A DNA stretch of 64,000 bases, from the NCBI GenBank assembly GCA_965649765.1, contig OZ287759.1, positions 35,154,001 to 35,218,000 on the forward strand, given 5' to 3'. The position numbers and the translations under genes were made by a program. Below the pieces are notes generated by a model. That model was not told where the DNA came from, did no database searches, and saw nothing but the letters and a program-made list of their open reading frames with translations. Below, piece by piece: positions 26,364 through 40,000 of this stretch (within the stretch, counting starts at the first letter, position 1; the number at the start of each line of letters is the position of its first letter). Origin of the DNA: Bispira polyomma. Taxonomy: Eukaryota.

Positions 26364-26870
26364 AAAACACAACCTATTAATGGGGATATTGGAGACCTAC
26401 TGTTTGTGACACCATAATATAATGCAGAAAATATCACATACGCTACAGACACTACAGGTGATCAAGTATAACACATTAAGTTTAGTTAAAAAGGTTCACT
26501 TGCATTCTACTTACACATATGTTCATAATACCGCTTATGTCATAATACCGGTCTTTTCATAATAACGGTTGACTCATATTTATGGGCATAAAACGTGGAT
26601 ATGTGTGACAAAAGTTTGATTTCTGTAGTCTAATTGATATTCGCTAAATTAAATCTGTTTGCATTTAGAATTTCCGTGGTTTAGTACTTAAAACCACAGT
26701 ATTCTGATCCAACTAGAATTACGAACACCTGTGTACAACACTCTATTCAAGTTGTAAGGTCAATACAACATACATATATGTGTCTCCAAAGACATATCGC
26801 TATGTACAGAGGATTAGTTCTGGTAAATGATTCCATTATACTTATCTATATGAGGTCCATATGTTTGAGG

Positions 26871-27127
26871 GGGGCCGCGGTGGCCTAGTGGTTAGCAAGC
26901 ATTGCGCTTCACAATCACTGGTCTCTCACCTCTGGGCGGCGTGAGTTCGAATCCCGTCAATGCCTATGTGGGAAAGGTGGTGGTTTCTTACTGTGGGCCA
27001 CTGGTTTCTCTGCAGAACCTTGACCAACTGTATGCAGTGTTTCCTCCAGCGTTTCCAACTACCCGTCCCAATATAACCTACTAAAAGGTGCTAGAGTAGA
27101 CGTTAAATATCCAAATTCAAATTCAAA
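26871..27127 (+). mobile_element. Young tRNA-derived SINE, copy 5
   Basis: (CAAATT)n tail; 15-bp TSD tccatatgtttgagg. Confidence 0.9.
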
Positions 27128-27216
27128 TCCATATGTTTGAGGTAGTTCCTTATAAGTGGTTTAGTGACTTTCAGCTCTCTGGAACCTATTTCCTTCAGTA
27201 TAAATACTGCCTCCAG

Positions 27217-27959
27217 CAGTGAAAGGGTTAACACCAGACTACAACTAACTCTATATCGTTTGTACAGGACAGTGAAAGGGTTAACACTGGACTACAACTA
27301 ACTTTATATATTTGTACAGGGCAGTGAAAGGGTCAACACCAGACTACAACTAACTCTGTATCCTTTTTACAGGACAGTAAAAGGGTTAACACCAAACTAC
27401 AACTATCTCTATATCCTTTGTACAGGAAAATGAAAGGGTTAACATCAGACTACAACTAACTCCATATCCGTTGTACAGAACAGTGAAAGAGTTAACACCA
27501 GACTACAACTAACTTTATATACTTTGTACAGGGCAGTGAAAGGGTTAACACCAGACTGCAACTAACTCTATATACTTTGTACAGGACAGTGAAAGGGTTA
27601 ACACCAGACTAGAAATAACTCTATATCTTTTGTACAAGACAGTAAAAGGGTTAACACCAGACTACAACTGACTTTATATACATTGTACAGGACAGTGAAA
27701 GGATTGACATCAGACTACAACTAACTCTATATACTTTATACAGGACAGTGAAAGGGTTAACATCAGACTACAACTAACTCTATATACTTTGTACAGGACA
27801 GTGAAAGGGTTAACATCAGACTACAACTAACTCTATATACTTTGTACAGGACAGTGAAAGGGTTAACATCAGACTACAACTAACTCTATATACTTTGTAC
27901 AATACAGTGAAAGGGTTGACATCAGACTACAACTAACTCTATATACTTTGTATAGGACA
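27217..27959 (+). repeat. 53-bp acceptor-site tandem array (~14 copies) before the ATG-containing exon of the vWA gene
   Basis: Unit ...actacaACTAACtctatatactttgtacAG|gacagtgaaagggttaac; last copy tttgtatAG|GACAatg leads into the signal-peptide exon. Confidence 0.9.
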
Positions 27960-28002
27960 ATGCTCTACAATCAGTGGTCGGTATAAAGTAAGCAGACCTA
28001 AG

Positions 28003-28093
28003 ATGTCAAAGATCCCAGTGCTCTGTCTGGTGTGTGGACACCTGTTATTGACCTTGTGGAGCCAAGGGGTAAGGTCACAGAGTGTGGTCAGAG
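28003..28093 (+). CDS. vWA/EGF gene coding exon 1 (signal peptide)
   Basis: [30 protein letters not shown]; donor AG|GTGAGT, phase 1. Confidence 0.75.
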
Positions 28094-31000
28094 GTGAGTA
28101 CATCTAGTATGTTGTGACCCAAATAGGTCTGGTGTCCTTTGGGGATATCTCAACAGAATATTGTTATGGCAACACTATATGTACATGTAATGTTGGAACA
28201 GAGTAAACTTAGTAACTGTAGTCAATTGTCTACAGTAATAATCTCTGACCTAACCACACATTGAGGGGCTGTATTCGGGAAAGTTGTATTCTTAACTTAG
28301 ACCTGACAATTTTGCACAAATATTTAAACATTTCTTTTATACTGCCTGGTGCATCTTCATGGTCAAACCACAATCATTAGTAACCTAACAACATTTCTTG
28401 ATGCACTTATGACTAAAACTAAAATAGTTACGTCTTCGACATTAGAATACAACTGAGACTCACCTATGACCTTCTTAAAGTAAAACCACCTCTACATAGT
28501 TGTATGAGTCTTCTTTTACCTTTATTGTCTACTTACTGAGATGTAACATCTGTCCTATTTGTTATCTCATATAAGGTATACAGTAGAATACTGTGTGGTA
28601 GTTGTTGTGTAACATAATTCTGTGTCTTTTTATACAACCCAATCCCTGGCAGGCTGTGATGGAGAGGCAGATGTCGTATTTCTACTTGTATCATCTGATG
28701 ATGTCACAGATGCTGACTTCACAAATGTCAAGGAGTTTGTGCGTAGCCTTGTTCTGGGGATGGATATTGCCTTTAACCACACCAGGGTGGGGGTAGCCAT
28801 CACAGAGGTGGGGGCATACAGACGGCTCTCCTTGAATGAGTTCAGTGACAAAGGTTACCTGATGAATGCCATTAACCTCATTACCAGGACAACCAGTGTC
28901 TCCACCAGTATAAGTAGTGCCCTGGCGTTTGTACGGGACAACATGTTCTCACTACAAGCTGGGGCACGAACCTTTATACCTGACATAGTCTGGATTATTG
29001 CCCCTGATTCCCTTGATTACGACTCTTCAGAGGTTTTACAAGAGATCCGGCTGACCAAAGAGAGATCCATGTTTGTAGGGATGGTTCTGTATGGTACAAG
29101 TAAACAAACTGATGAGAAGTTAAGGAGAGCCATGGACTTAGTGAGTGCTCCGTATGACAGAAGTCTGGTGTTGGTGACTGATTCAGGGGCGCTCAGTTTT
29201 GTGAGGGATACAACACTCACCGCCTTGTGTGTGGAGGTACCAGGTGAGTGGTGTACTTGTGTAACTAGGTATAACTAGGTGTATCTGTATGTTTACCTGT
29301 ATGTTTACCTGTATGTTTGCCTGTATGTTTAGCTGTATGTTTGCCTGTATATTTACCTGTATGTTTACCTGTATGTTTACCTGTATGTTTATCTGTATGT
29401 TTACCATTGTGTTTACCTGTAAGTTACCATTGTGTTTACCTGTATGTTTACCATTGTGTTTACCAATTTTGTTTTCCTGTATGTTTACCTGTATGTTTAT
29501 CTGTATGTTTACCATTGTGTTTACCTGTATGTTTACCTGTATGTTTACCATTGTGTTTACCTGTAAGTTTACCATTGTGTTTACCTGTGTGTTTACCATT
29601 GTGTTTACCTGTATGTTTACCTGTATGTTTACCTGTGTATTTCAGCCTGTGCTGGTCTGGCAGACATTGCCATTGTGTTAGACAGAACAGGCTCTATTGG
29701 TGCCAGAAACTGGGAGACGATGCTCAAGTTTGCCTCCCGTGTTGTAGAGAACATGTACATCTCTGCTGATGGAGTGAGGATTGCTCTGATTGTCTATGGC
29801 AGCACAGGTACAATAGAGTTCTACCTGGATGAAAATCGAGACAAGCTGGAGATCATGGCTGCTATAGAGGCTATTGAGTATGACGAGGCCCAGAGGACAA
29901 GGACTGACCTAGCCCTGGCAATGGTGACAAACCAGGTGTTTGGTGTGGGTCATGGAAACCGCTTGGGTGTAAGAGACATAACCATAGTCGTAACAGACGG
30001 CTCATCATCATTCGCTGATCTAACTGAAACAAGAGCCAAAGAAGCACACAATGCTGGAATACGGATATTTAGTATTGGAGTGGCAAATACATTTGACCAG
30101 TTCTTCCTGTCGGAGTTAGATAATATTGCTTCAGACCCAGACAACGACCATGTATTTCAAGTGACACATTTTAACAACTTGAGAGCGATTGAAGATACTT
30201 TGGTGAGAAGGACTTGTAGAGAGGCTCCACCCGGTGAGTACAAAGGACACTGACTAATCAAAGTGTAACTGAATGATCCTAAATATTAGGTGTAATGAGA
30301 AGTGATACAATAATAAGTCCTGTATCACCCAATGTTTATAGTAGAGATGTATTTAACAATCAGTACTAAGTCACCCTCTTTATGGTACAACTTCATAACT
30401 ACCTCATGGAAAGTCAGCTGTTAGTAAAAATGAATAATCGAGTATACTGTGAGGTACCAAAAATGTGTTCTCTATGGAAATGTGAGAAAGGACATTAATG
30501 CTATGTTGGCATTGAATGTAATATACCAGTTATCATTTGTGTATTTTCTGACTTCCGATATGGGTACATATAACTCAGATTGTAGTTCTCTGGGAGTGTC
30601 AAATCTTTCCATGTCTCTACTTCAGATTGTAAAAAAGCATGCGCTAAATGGTTGAGGTTATGGCTGTTATGGGTTAATGTTATATATAACTCGTTGTGAA
30701 GTATCTCCATGTTTCAGAGTATAAGCAGGTAGATGCTAGGGATTAGAAGGGGCAGGGTTAATGGTCAAGGTTATATCTTACTCATTGTTTTTAATGTTTC
30801 AGACTTAAAGAAGCAGGTAGATGCTAGGGATTAGAAGGGGTAGGGTTAGTGGTCAAGGTTATATTTTTCTCATTGTTCTCCATGTTTCAGACTTAGAGAA
30901 GCAAGTAGATGCAAGGGATTACAAGGGGTAGGGTTAGTGGTCAAGGTTATATCTTACTCATTGTTTTTAATGTTTCAGACTTAAAGAAGCAGGTAGATGC

Positions 31001-34000
31001 TAGGAATTACAAGGGGTAGGGTTAGTGGTCAAGGTTATATCTTAATCATTGTTCTTAACGTTTCAGACTATAAGCAGGTAGATGCTAGGGATTAGAAGGG
31101 GTAGGGTTAGTGGTGAAGGTTATATCTTACTTATTGTTCTCCATGTTTCAGACTTAAAGCAGAGTACGTAGATGCTAGGGATTACACGGGGTAGGGTTAG
31201 TGGTCAAGGTTATATTTTACTCATTGCTCTCCATGTTTCAGACTATAAGCAGGTAGATGCTAGGGATTAGAAGGGGTAGGGTTAGTGGTCAAGGTTATAT
31301 CTTACTCATTGTTCTCCATGTTTCAGACTTAGAGAAGCAAGTAGATGCAAGGGATTACAAGGGGTAGGGTTAGTGGTCAAGGTTATATCTTACTCATTGT
31401 TTTTAATGTTTCAGACTTAAAGAAGCAGGTAGATGCTAGGAATTACAAGGGGTAGGGTTAGTGGTCAAGGTTATATCTTACTCATTGTTCTTAACGTTTC
31501 AGACTATAAGCAGGTAGATGCTAGGGATTAGAAGGGGTAGGGTTAGTGGTGAAGGTTATATCTTACTCATTGTTCTCCATGTTTCAGACTTAAAGAAGCA
31601 GGTAGATGCTAGGGATTAGAAGGGGTAGGGTTAGTGGTGAAGGTTATATCTTACTTATTGTTCTCCATATTTCAGACTATAAGAATGGGTTAAGGTTACA
31701 TATTACTCACAGCAATATCCCATGTTTCTACTTTAGACTGTGAGAAGAGGGTAGATGTGATCTTTGCTCTGGATGCCTCTGGTAGTATCACTCGGCCTGA
31801 CTTTGAGCGTGTTGTTAACTTTGTCCGGGACCTGGTGAGTCGTATGGATGTTGACAGTGGTAATGCACACGTGGGTGTGGTCACGTTTGCTGATGAACCC
31901 AAACTACAGTTCCACCTCAATACGTACACCTCAACCTCTGATATCTCACGCGTCATCTCCCGCATCAGATACACCACTGGGAAGACATTTACCCATGATG
32001 CCTTGTACTATGTGAAGGACGTGATGTTTACAGAGGCCAATGGTGACCGACCAGATGTGGACAATATTCTAATCGTCATTACTGATGGGGATTCAGAAAA
32101 TGCTACCCAGACCATTGTGGCTGCCAGGGAGGTGAGGGCAGATGGCACAGGACTAATCTCCCTGGGTATTGGCGACTGGGTTGCAGAGTATGAACTGGAA
32201 GGCATGGCCAGTCACCCCAAAGTCAGGAACATGTTCCGTGTGGAGGACTATGAAACTCTCTTTACGGCCACAGATTTGCTAGTGGAGACTGTGTGTGATG
32301 GTAAGTGATTAGCTTACAAATCTTTAGATTTAACGTCACTTTTCAGTTCACTTTTAACAACCGGCAGGCTTATTAGTAAAGTAATGCTGAGCTGAGTAGT
32401 TCACTTTTAGACAACCGACAGGCTATTGGTAGAGTAAAGCTGAGCTTTAGGTAGTTCATCAAGGATTTCTGAACTGCCACCACTTTCCTTAAAAAACTTA
32501 GACAATTTTCACTCATACATCGTGTGGGTCAGATTAAAGGAAATGGTGGGAGGAGAGAGTATTTTACCTCTTGCCATCGAGCCCACTCCGCTCCCCCCCC
32601 TCTTTGTATTCACTTTGAGTAGGGAACTCTGAATAAAAACTTTGCAGTTAATTTGTAGGTTTGTTTAGATTACTTTTCATTTTACAACTGAATCATACTC
32701 ACTAGCTTTGTCAAAAAAGCCATGTTTGTTGCTGATGTTTGTGTTCTGTTACAGCCGAATCTCGAGTATTATGGAAATTATGTACATTACAAGCAAAGGT
32801 ATTCACCCACTAGATGTGTCTTGTTTTTAGTGGTAGATGACTGTAACAGCAATCCCTGTCAAAATGGTGGAATTTGTATTGACTCCATGAACCAGTACTA
32901 TTGTAAGTGTGCCTTGGGCTACACAGGAAGGGACTGTGACCAGTGTAAGTACTCTACTTTAGAATTTTGGCATACATTTTGGCATACATTTTTACACATT
33001 AAAGTTACTGTGTATTATAATTTTGTCTGTTTTAGGGATACCTTTTCTACACATTAAAGTTACTCTATAATAATTTAGTCTGTTTTGGGCATACCTTTTT
33101 ACACATTAAAGTTACTATGTATTATAATATAGTCTGTTTTGGCGTACCATTTTACACATTAAAGTTACTCTGTATTAAAACTGAGTCTGATTTGGCATAC
33201 ATTTTCACACATTAAAGTTAGGTCATAGTTAGAGTTAATACATACATGTTTCCCTCAGCCTGCCAGCACAAGGCAGACGTTGTGTTTGCTCTCGACTCAA
33301 GTGGTTCCATCAAGAGAGAGAACTTCCACGTCATGCAGCAGTTTGTACAAGATATCATACATGGTGTAGACATAGAGGGAGGGGCCAGAGTGGGGGTACT
33401 GACATACGCATCAGAGGCACAGGTGAGTAGGTGCGGCCGGATTAGGGGTACTGAGGTACACATCAAAGGCACAGGTGAGCACAGGTGGGGCCAGAGTGGG
33501 GGTACTGACACACACATCAGAGGCACTGGTGAGTAGGTGAGACCAGGGTGGGGGTACAGATGTATGTATCAGAGGCACAGGTGAGTAGGTCGTGCCAGAG
33601 TGGGGGTACTGATGTATGCATCAGAGGCACAGGTGAGTAGATGGGGCCAGAGTGGGGGTACTACGGTACACATCAGAGGCACAGGTGAGTAGGTGAGACC
33701 AGAGTGGGGTACTGATGTATACATCAGAGGCACAGGTGAGTAGGTGGGGCCAGAGTGGGGGTACTGATGTATGCATCAGAGGTACAGGTGAGTAGATCGG
33801 CCCAGAATGGGGTAACTGAGATTCGCATCAAAAGCACAGGTAAGTACAGGTGGGGCCAAAGTGGAGGTACTGATTTGCGCATCAAAGGTGCAGGGAATGC
33901 ATAATTGAATACATAGCTCTTTAAACTATGCCAAAAGGAATGCAGGGATGGAGCTGTTCTAATGTTTTGAGGGTAAACTATTCCATAGAGTAGAGAGCTT

Positions 34001-37000
34001 TATTTGCAAAACTTTTATCAAAGTAAACCTTTGACCTGTGTACTTTGGGCTTATATTTACTGACATACAGAGGCACAGGTAAGTAGGTGGGGATACTGAT
34101 ACAAAGAAATGAGGGGATAGTGTTGGTGTACTGATATACTAAATGTCAGGTAAATGGTGTGTGATACCCATTCACACACATATAAATACCTGTCACTTTA
34201 GTGATGTGATTACTTTTTAAATTCTGAGGTACATAGTTCCCTAATGTCTATGTGTGTCTGTCTGTGTGGTGGTTTTAAAAGCTAAATAATGTTTTAAATG
34301 TTTAAAATATGTCTCAACATGAATACATATAGATCATGTCAAGTCAGAATATATACTTAGTTGCCTGTTTTGACATTTTATAAATACACTAATAGTAGGA
34401 TTTAATTAAACTATTTAAATGGAATGTTTGTAGAAAAAGTGTGTATATATTTATCTGATATGTTTTATAAGGTTAGCGTTAAGTTCTTCACTGTATTTGT
34501 TCTATATTGCTCATTTACAAATATAATGCCCACTATTGTCTGTGGTCTGTTTCCCAAAATGTGTTTACAATTGACTCATTAGCCTCGTCAACTTAGTAAA
34601 GACAAAACGACAATTACATCTTTAACCTGGTTTTCACTCAAAGAATTCTCTTTGTTGTAAGATTGAGGTGGGTTATTTTATGTATTTCTCTTATAATACA
34701 ACCCCTCATTATGAAATCTACCTGCGCAATTTATATACATTATATATGTCTTTGAAACTTTTTTTCATTGCATCAAAGAAAAGAAAACAATTTCTTAAAA
34801 AACCAGGCCCATTTAGTATTTAATGTGTGGTGAATTCTATTGGTGTTTGAGGGGGAGAGTGTCAAAGTGTTGTCTATAAAGGCTTTCAGAAATAGTATCA
34901 GTATCAAATAAAAGTGTTTTCGTCTTTAATTTACATTTGATTTGTTTACTATATTGTCATAATTTTCATGGTCGTTTTTGTTGTACATAAAGAAATACTA
35001 TTTATTATTAGTATATAACAGCAGACGTCCTTATGGCAGGTTATATATTCAGCTTGTACAAAATACTACAAAATTACACACCTACACACGAGACCTAAAT
35101 GTGTACTCCTTACACAACCAAACCATTTGGATATTCATTAATCAATAAGGTTTATTATTATTATTATTATTATTATATGATTTAAGGTTACTATTTACAA
35201 CTGTAGTATACAATGCTAAAATTTCTGTAGTTGATACATTGGCAGTGATTGCCTATTCAGACATATGTAAACTGATCCTATTTTACTGTATAAGGTTTGT
35301 TCTTGACTGTACTATTTACTTTGCCATCATGTAAGCCAATAATGTAGATCCACTTTAGTTCAGATTAGATACCTTAAAAAGCTTTACCATCCGAGGGATC
35401 AGGACAAATCTTCACCTTTCAGAAAAAAAAAAAAAAAGTAATCCAAGTGGTCTTACGGTTTGTAACTAATATTCACTCCAGTCTTTGAACAGCTCTCTAG
35501 CTGTCTGACATCAATTGAATCGTGAACGAATCATTCTGAATTGAAGTTAATCCCAGAGTAAACAGAATTTCTACTTATTGGTGCTACCATCAGAGGGAAA
35601 CGATTCTAACGTTATTTCCTGCAACTCTCCTGAGTAACAATACTCTTCCAATTCTCTGTCCAATGCCCTTCAAAAATACGTTTCAAACATCTGTCGATCC
35701 TGCGACTGCAACATTCATGACTTTTGTAGGGTTCGTCAACACCAAACTTTGGAAAATGCTGTTGCAATTGGAAATACCCTAGTGGCTTGTTGTCTTGATT
35801 ACTGCAACTCACTATCACATGGTATCGGAGAGGGGCAAATAAACAAGTATAAAATTCAAGGTAAATGTCCTCATTTTTAAGACTGCCTATGTGCAGCAGT
35901 CTCTCCACCTCTGACTTCTTACCCCCAAAAAAAACTAGCATGTTCAAATCATTTAAGGATGCAGCACATGCTGAATGAAATAATCTCCCTATCAGTCTTT
36001 ACACTGAGACAAGGATTAAAAAAAACCTCTCAAAACACATCTGTATCATCTTGCATTTCCGTTTTAACATTAGTCTGCTTGTTTTGAATAACCTTACATT
36101 ACAAACCTTTTCTTCTATCGGACTATTTTTTTGCTTACTGATTTGGATGTGCGCCACATTGATTGTGGTGCTATAGAAGTAAATCTTTCACATTATCAAC
36201 ATTACTCAGAATCCTCCGTCAGGAAACATCAATGGCTCTTCAACATGGCTCTTTCGTAACCCTTCACACATCCAGCTTCTGACTTGGAACCTTTTTACCC
36301 CTCTACTATTCCCACTACAGCATGTTTTATATTCGCCATAAGGAAGAAATTACATTTTGTTATATTTACATAATTTATGATAATGACATGTGTACAGAAC
36401 ATCCAACCCACCACAGGCCTTATATGTCACTAATCTAAATCTAACTAATCTAAACACAAAACATAATGCATGGTGTCAAAAGAATGACTACTATATGTAC
36501 CAGTACATGTATAAGAAACTATTTCTGAGATTTTAAGCTTTTTCAATAAATAAATGTAGAGGTTTTAATTCTTTCTTCATAACTTAAAAAAATACACAAT
36601 CATGCACGGAAACAATTGAAATCTCCAGAATATAATTCGCTTTCTCCAATAAGGTCAAACTCATCCTCGATCTTAACAATACACTTAAACACTTTCTCTC
36701 ACTAAATGGGATGTTTGTATATCTACCAACTACAACAGCTAGAGCTGAAATCATCATTCGTAATTTGTCACACTTCGTTGACATTTTGATATATTGTATG
36801 GGATTTTACTTAACTGCTTTAAAGTAATTTTTCCACTTTCTGTAAGTTTACATTAAACTTTATTATTGCACATACTACAACTAAGCTCTGACCAATATGG
36901 GTTCAAATCCAGTTTGTTCCTTTACGCAAGAATGTTTGTCAGGTACTTGACATATGTTAGTGGTTTTCAGTGCTTTATCACTAGTTTCTTCCACCACTGC

Positions 37001-40000
37001 ATCTGGCCGCCGCAATATGACCTAAGCTGTGGAAAGCAAACTAAATTGAATTCACACCACTACACCGACTCTTATTACTGCAGTAATGTCACTTCAGGCG
37101 GTGTTTAACTTGGGGGATTATAACACCACACAAGCAGTGCTGAATGCCTTTAACCTCCGGTTTTCTGGGGGGACAACAAACACTGCAGCTGCTCTGAGGT
37201 TATTAAGAGATTTGATGTTTACACCGAACAATGGGGACAGACCAGACAACATCAATGTGGTGATACTGATTACTGATGGCAAGTCTGATGACAGGTATAG
37301 TGTAATGAGACATGTATAGTGTGATGACAGGTGTAGTGTGATGAGAGGTATAGTGTGATGACAGGTATAGTCTGATGACAGGTGTAGTGTGATAACAGGT
37401 GTAGTATGATGACAGGTATATTGTGATGACAGGTGTAGTGTGATGACAGGTGTAGTGTAATGGCAGGTATAGTGTAATGACAGGTATAGTGTGAGGACAG
37501 GTATTGTGTAATGACAGGTGTAGTGTAATGACTGGTGTAGTGTAATGAGACAGGTATAGTCTAATGAGAGGTATAGTGTGATGACAGGTATAGTGTAATG
37601 ACAGGTGTAGTGTAATGACTGGTGTAGTGTGATGGCAGGTGTAGTGTAATGACAGGTGTAGTGTGATGGCAGGTGTAGTGTAATGACAGGTGTAGTCTGA
37701 TGACAGGTGTAATGTGATGACAGGTATACTGTAATGACAGGTGTAGTGTAATGACAGGTGTAGTGTGATGGCAGGTCTAGTGTGATGACAGGTGTAGTGT
37801 AATGAGACAGGTATAGTGTGATGACAGGTGTAGTGTGTTGACAGGTGTAGTGTGATGACAGGTATGGTGTGATGACAGGTGTAGTGTGATGACAGGTGTA
37901 GTGTAATGACAGGTATAGTGTAATGACAGGTATAGTGTGATGACGGGTGTAGTGTAATGACAGGTATAGTGTGATGACAGGTATAGTTTAATGACAGGTG
38001 TAGTGTGATGGCAGGTGTAGTGTAATGACAGGTGTAGTCTGATGACAGGTGTAATGTGATGACAGGTATAGTGTAATGACAGGCGTAGTGTGATGGCAGG
38101 TCTAGTGTGATGACAGGTGTAGTGTAATGAGACATGTATAGTGTGATGATAGATATAGTGTGATGACAGGTGTAGTGTGATGACAGGTGTAGTGTGATGA
38201 CAGATATAGTCTGATGACAGGTGTAGTGTGATGACAGGTATGGTGTGATGACAGGTGTAGTGTGATGACGGGTGTAGTGTAATGACAGGTATAGTGTGAT
38301 GACAGGTATAGTTTAATGACAGGTGTAGTTTAATGACAGGTGTGGTGTAATGACAGGTGTAGTCTGATGACAGGTATAGTGTAATGAAAGATATAGTCTG
38401 ATGACATGAAAAAAGGTGTATATGTGCAATTGTGATAAACTTAGTGACAGTCATTCGGAATATGGGGACAAGTGACACACTGGGCCAAGAACAAGCAGCT
38501 GTGATGCTCATTGGTGATGGCTTTATGTGCACCTGTGCATGAACAGGACACTAAAAACATTCTGCATGCATGTAGATTCCCTGATAAAAGTATACCGCTA
38601 TGTGGTGGGCACGTTTAATGTTAATTTAAATTACCTGACCACAAATAAAGGTGAAAAATTACTAGTTGCAAAGTAAGGTACATTTTGACAGCACATTGCA
38701 ATCGTTTAACATTACTACATGTAATTCACATTCTCTGAACAGATTTAAAGTCACAACTAAAGAGAAGTGCCAAATGTCTAATGTGTAAGTTATCTTACCA
38801 CAGAGAGCGGACACTTGAGGAAGCGGTAGAAACCAGAAATGCAGGAATACACTTATCTGTGATTGGAGTGGGACAAAGTATCCGGCCAGCTGAACTGAGG
38901 GGTGTGGCGACAGATCCAGATGATAAGAATGTGTACACAGTGAAAGACTTTAACGCACTTACAGGGATCATCACTAATGTGCTCAATGATGTGTGCAATG
39001 GTAAGGGACTATTAAGTAATTCGTGTCAAACAATCGTGTCTGCTGAAAATGGTGAGGGAGCATGAAGTAATTTATGTTCAACGATGTCAGGGACAATTGT
39101 TAGGGTGCATTCAGTAATTAATCTTTAATTATGTTTTTGTAAAGGTAAGAGGACATTAATTAATCCATTTTAATGATGTCTGCAATTCTAATTAAAAGAA
39201 AATTAGAATATAAGATTTTGTTGGTCATCTTTGATAAATCTGGTAATTCTACCTTTTCTAACCTTTTCTTGAACACTATATCCTATATCCCAAAGTTGAT
39301 TCACCGGATCTAATTGAATGTAATCAACAAGACCATGTCATGATTATTCTATGACAATTTGAATATAGTATCATATCTGGTAATAGGTAAAGACAACTAT
39401 AAAAACATTAAATTGTCAGCTAAGAAAGCACTAGACTTGGAAGGTAATTCTTCTTTACAATTGGGTAAGATAGTGTTTTTTGGGGAATGGACTAAAGTTT
39501 TTATTACATATATATAACGAATATTAAAAATATATGCTTTAATTCCACAGAATAGATTATATTTCTAGTGATTTATTGTCACAATTCACATAATTTTAGT
39601 TACAGTAGCTTTAAATTGTATTGTACTTCCACAGAAAACAATGATTGCTCTCCCAATCCTTGTCAGAATGGTGGCACCTGTCTGGATGGTATTGGGATGT
39701 ACACTTGTAGGTGTGCACCTGGATTTACTGGACCCCAGTGTGAGAGAGGTGAGCTGGCTACCCGGTGTTAGTCATAGATTCAAGTATAACATAGATATAT
39801 CTGAAATTTAGTTGAATAAATACTGTGAAACCAACGGTTCTGTCAATTTGTGCATGTTTTAGATTTTAAAAAGTAACTTAAGAAGTGCTATATTTACTCA
39901 TATACCCACTTCAACAAGCAGAAGTAAAATCAAAAAATTTAATTAGAACTGGAAAAATGTTAATTATTACTCACATAACAATTAGATAGTCTTCCACTTT

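Noticed and set aside
25554-26452. ORFs of 86-170 aa (GWGVRCQ repeats)
   Set aside because: Translations of the 27-bp minisatellite, open in several frames.
29183-29769. ORFs with (MFTC)n, (LPVC)n and (VNIQ)n
   Set aside because: 12-bp intronic repeat; only the part from 29646 is real exon, in another frame.
37203-38532. 310-aa and 251-aa His/Thr-rich minus-strand ORFs
   Set aside because: Antisense translation of the 17-bp donor array.
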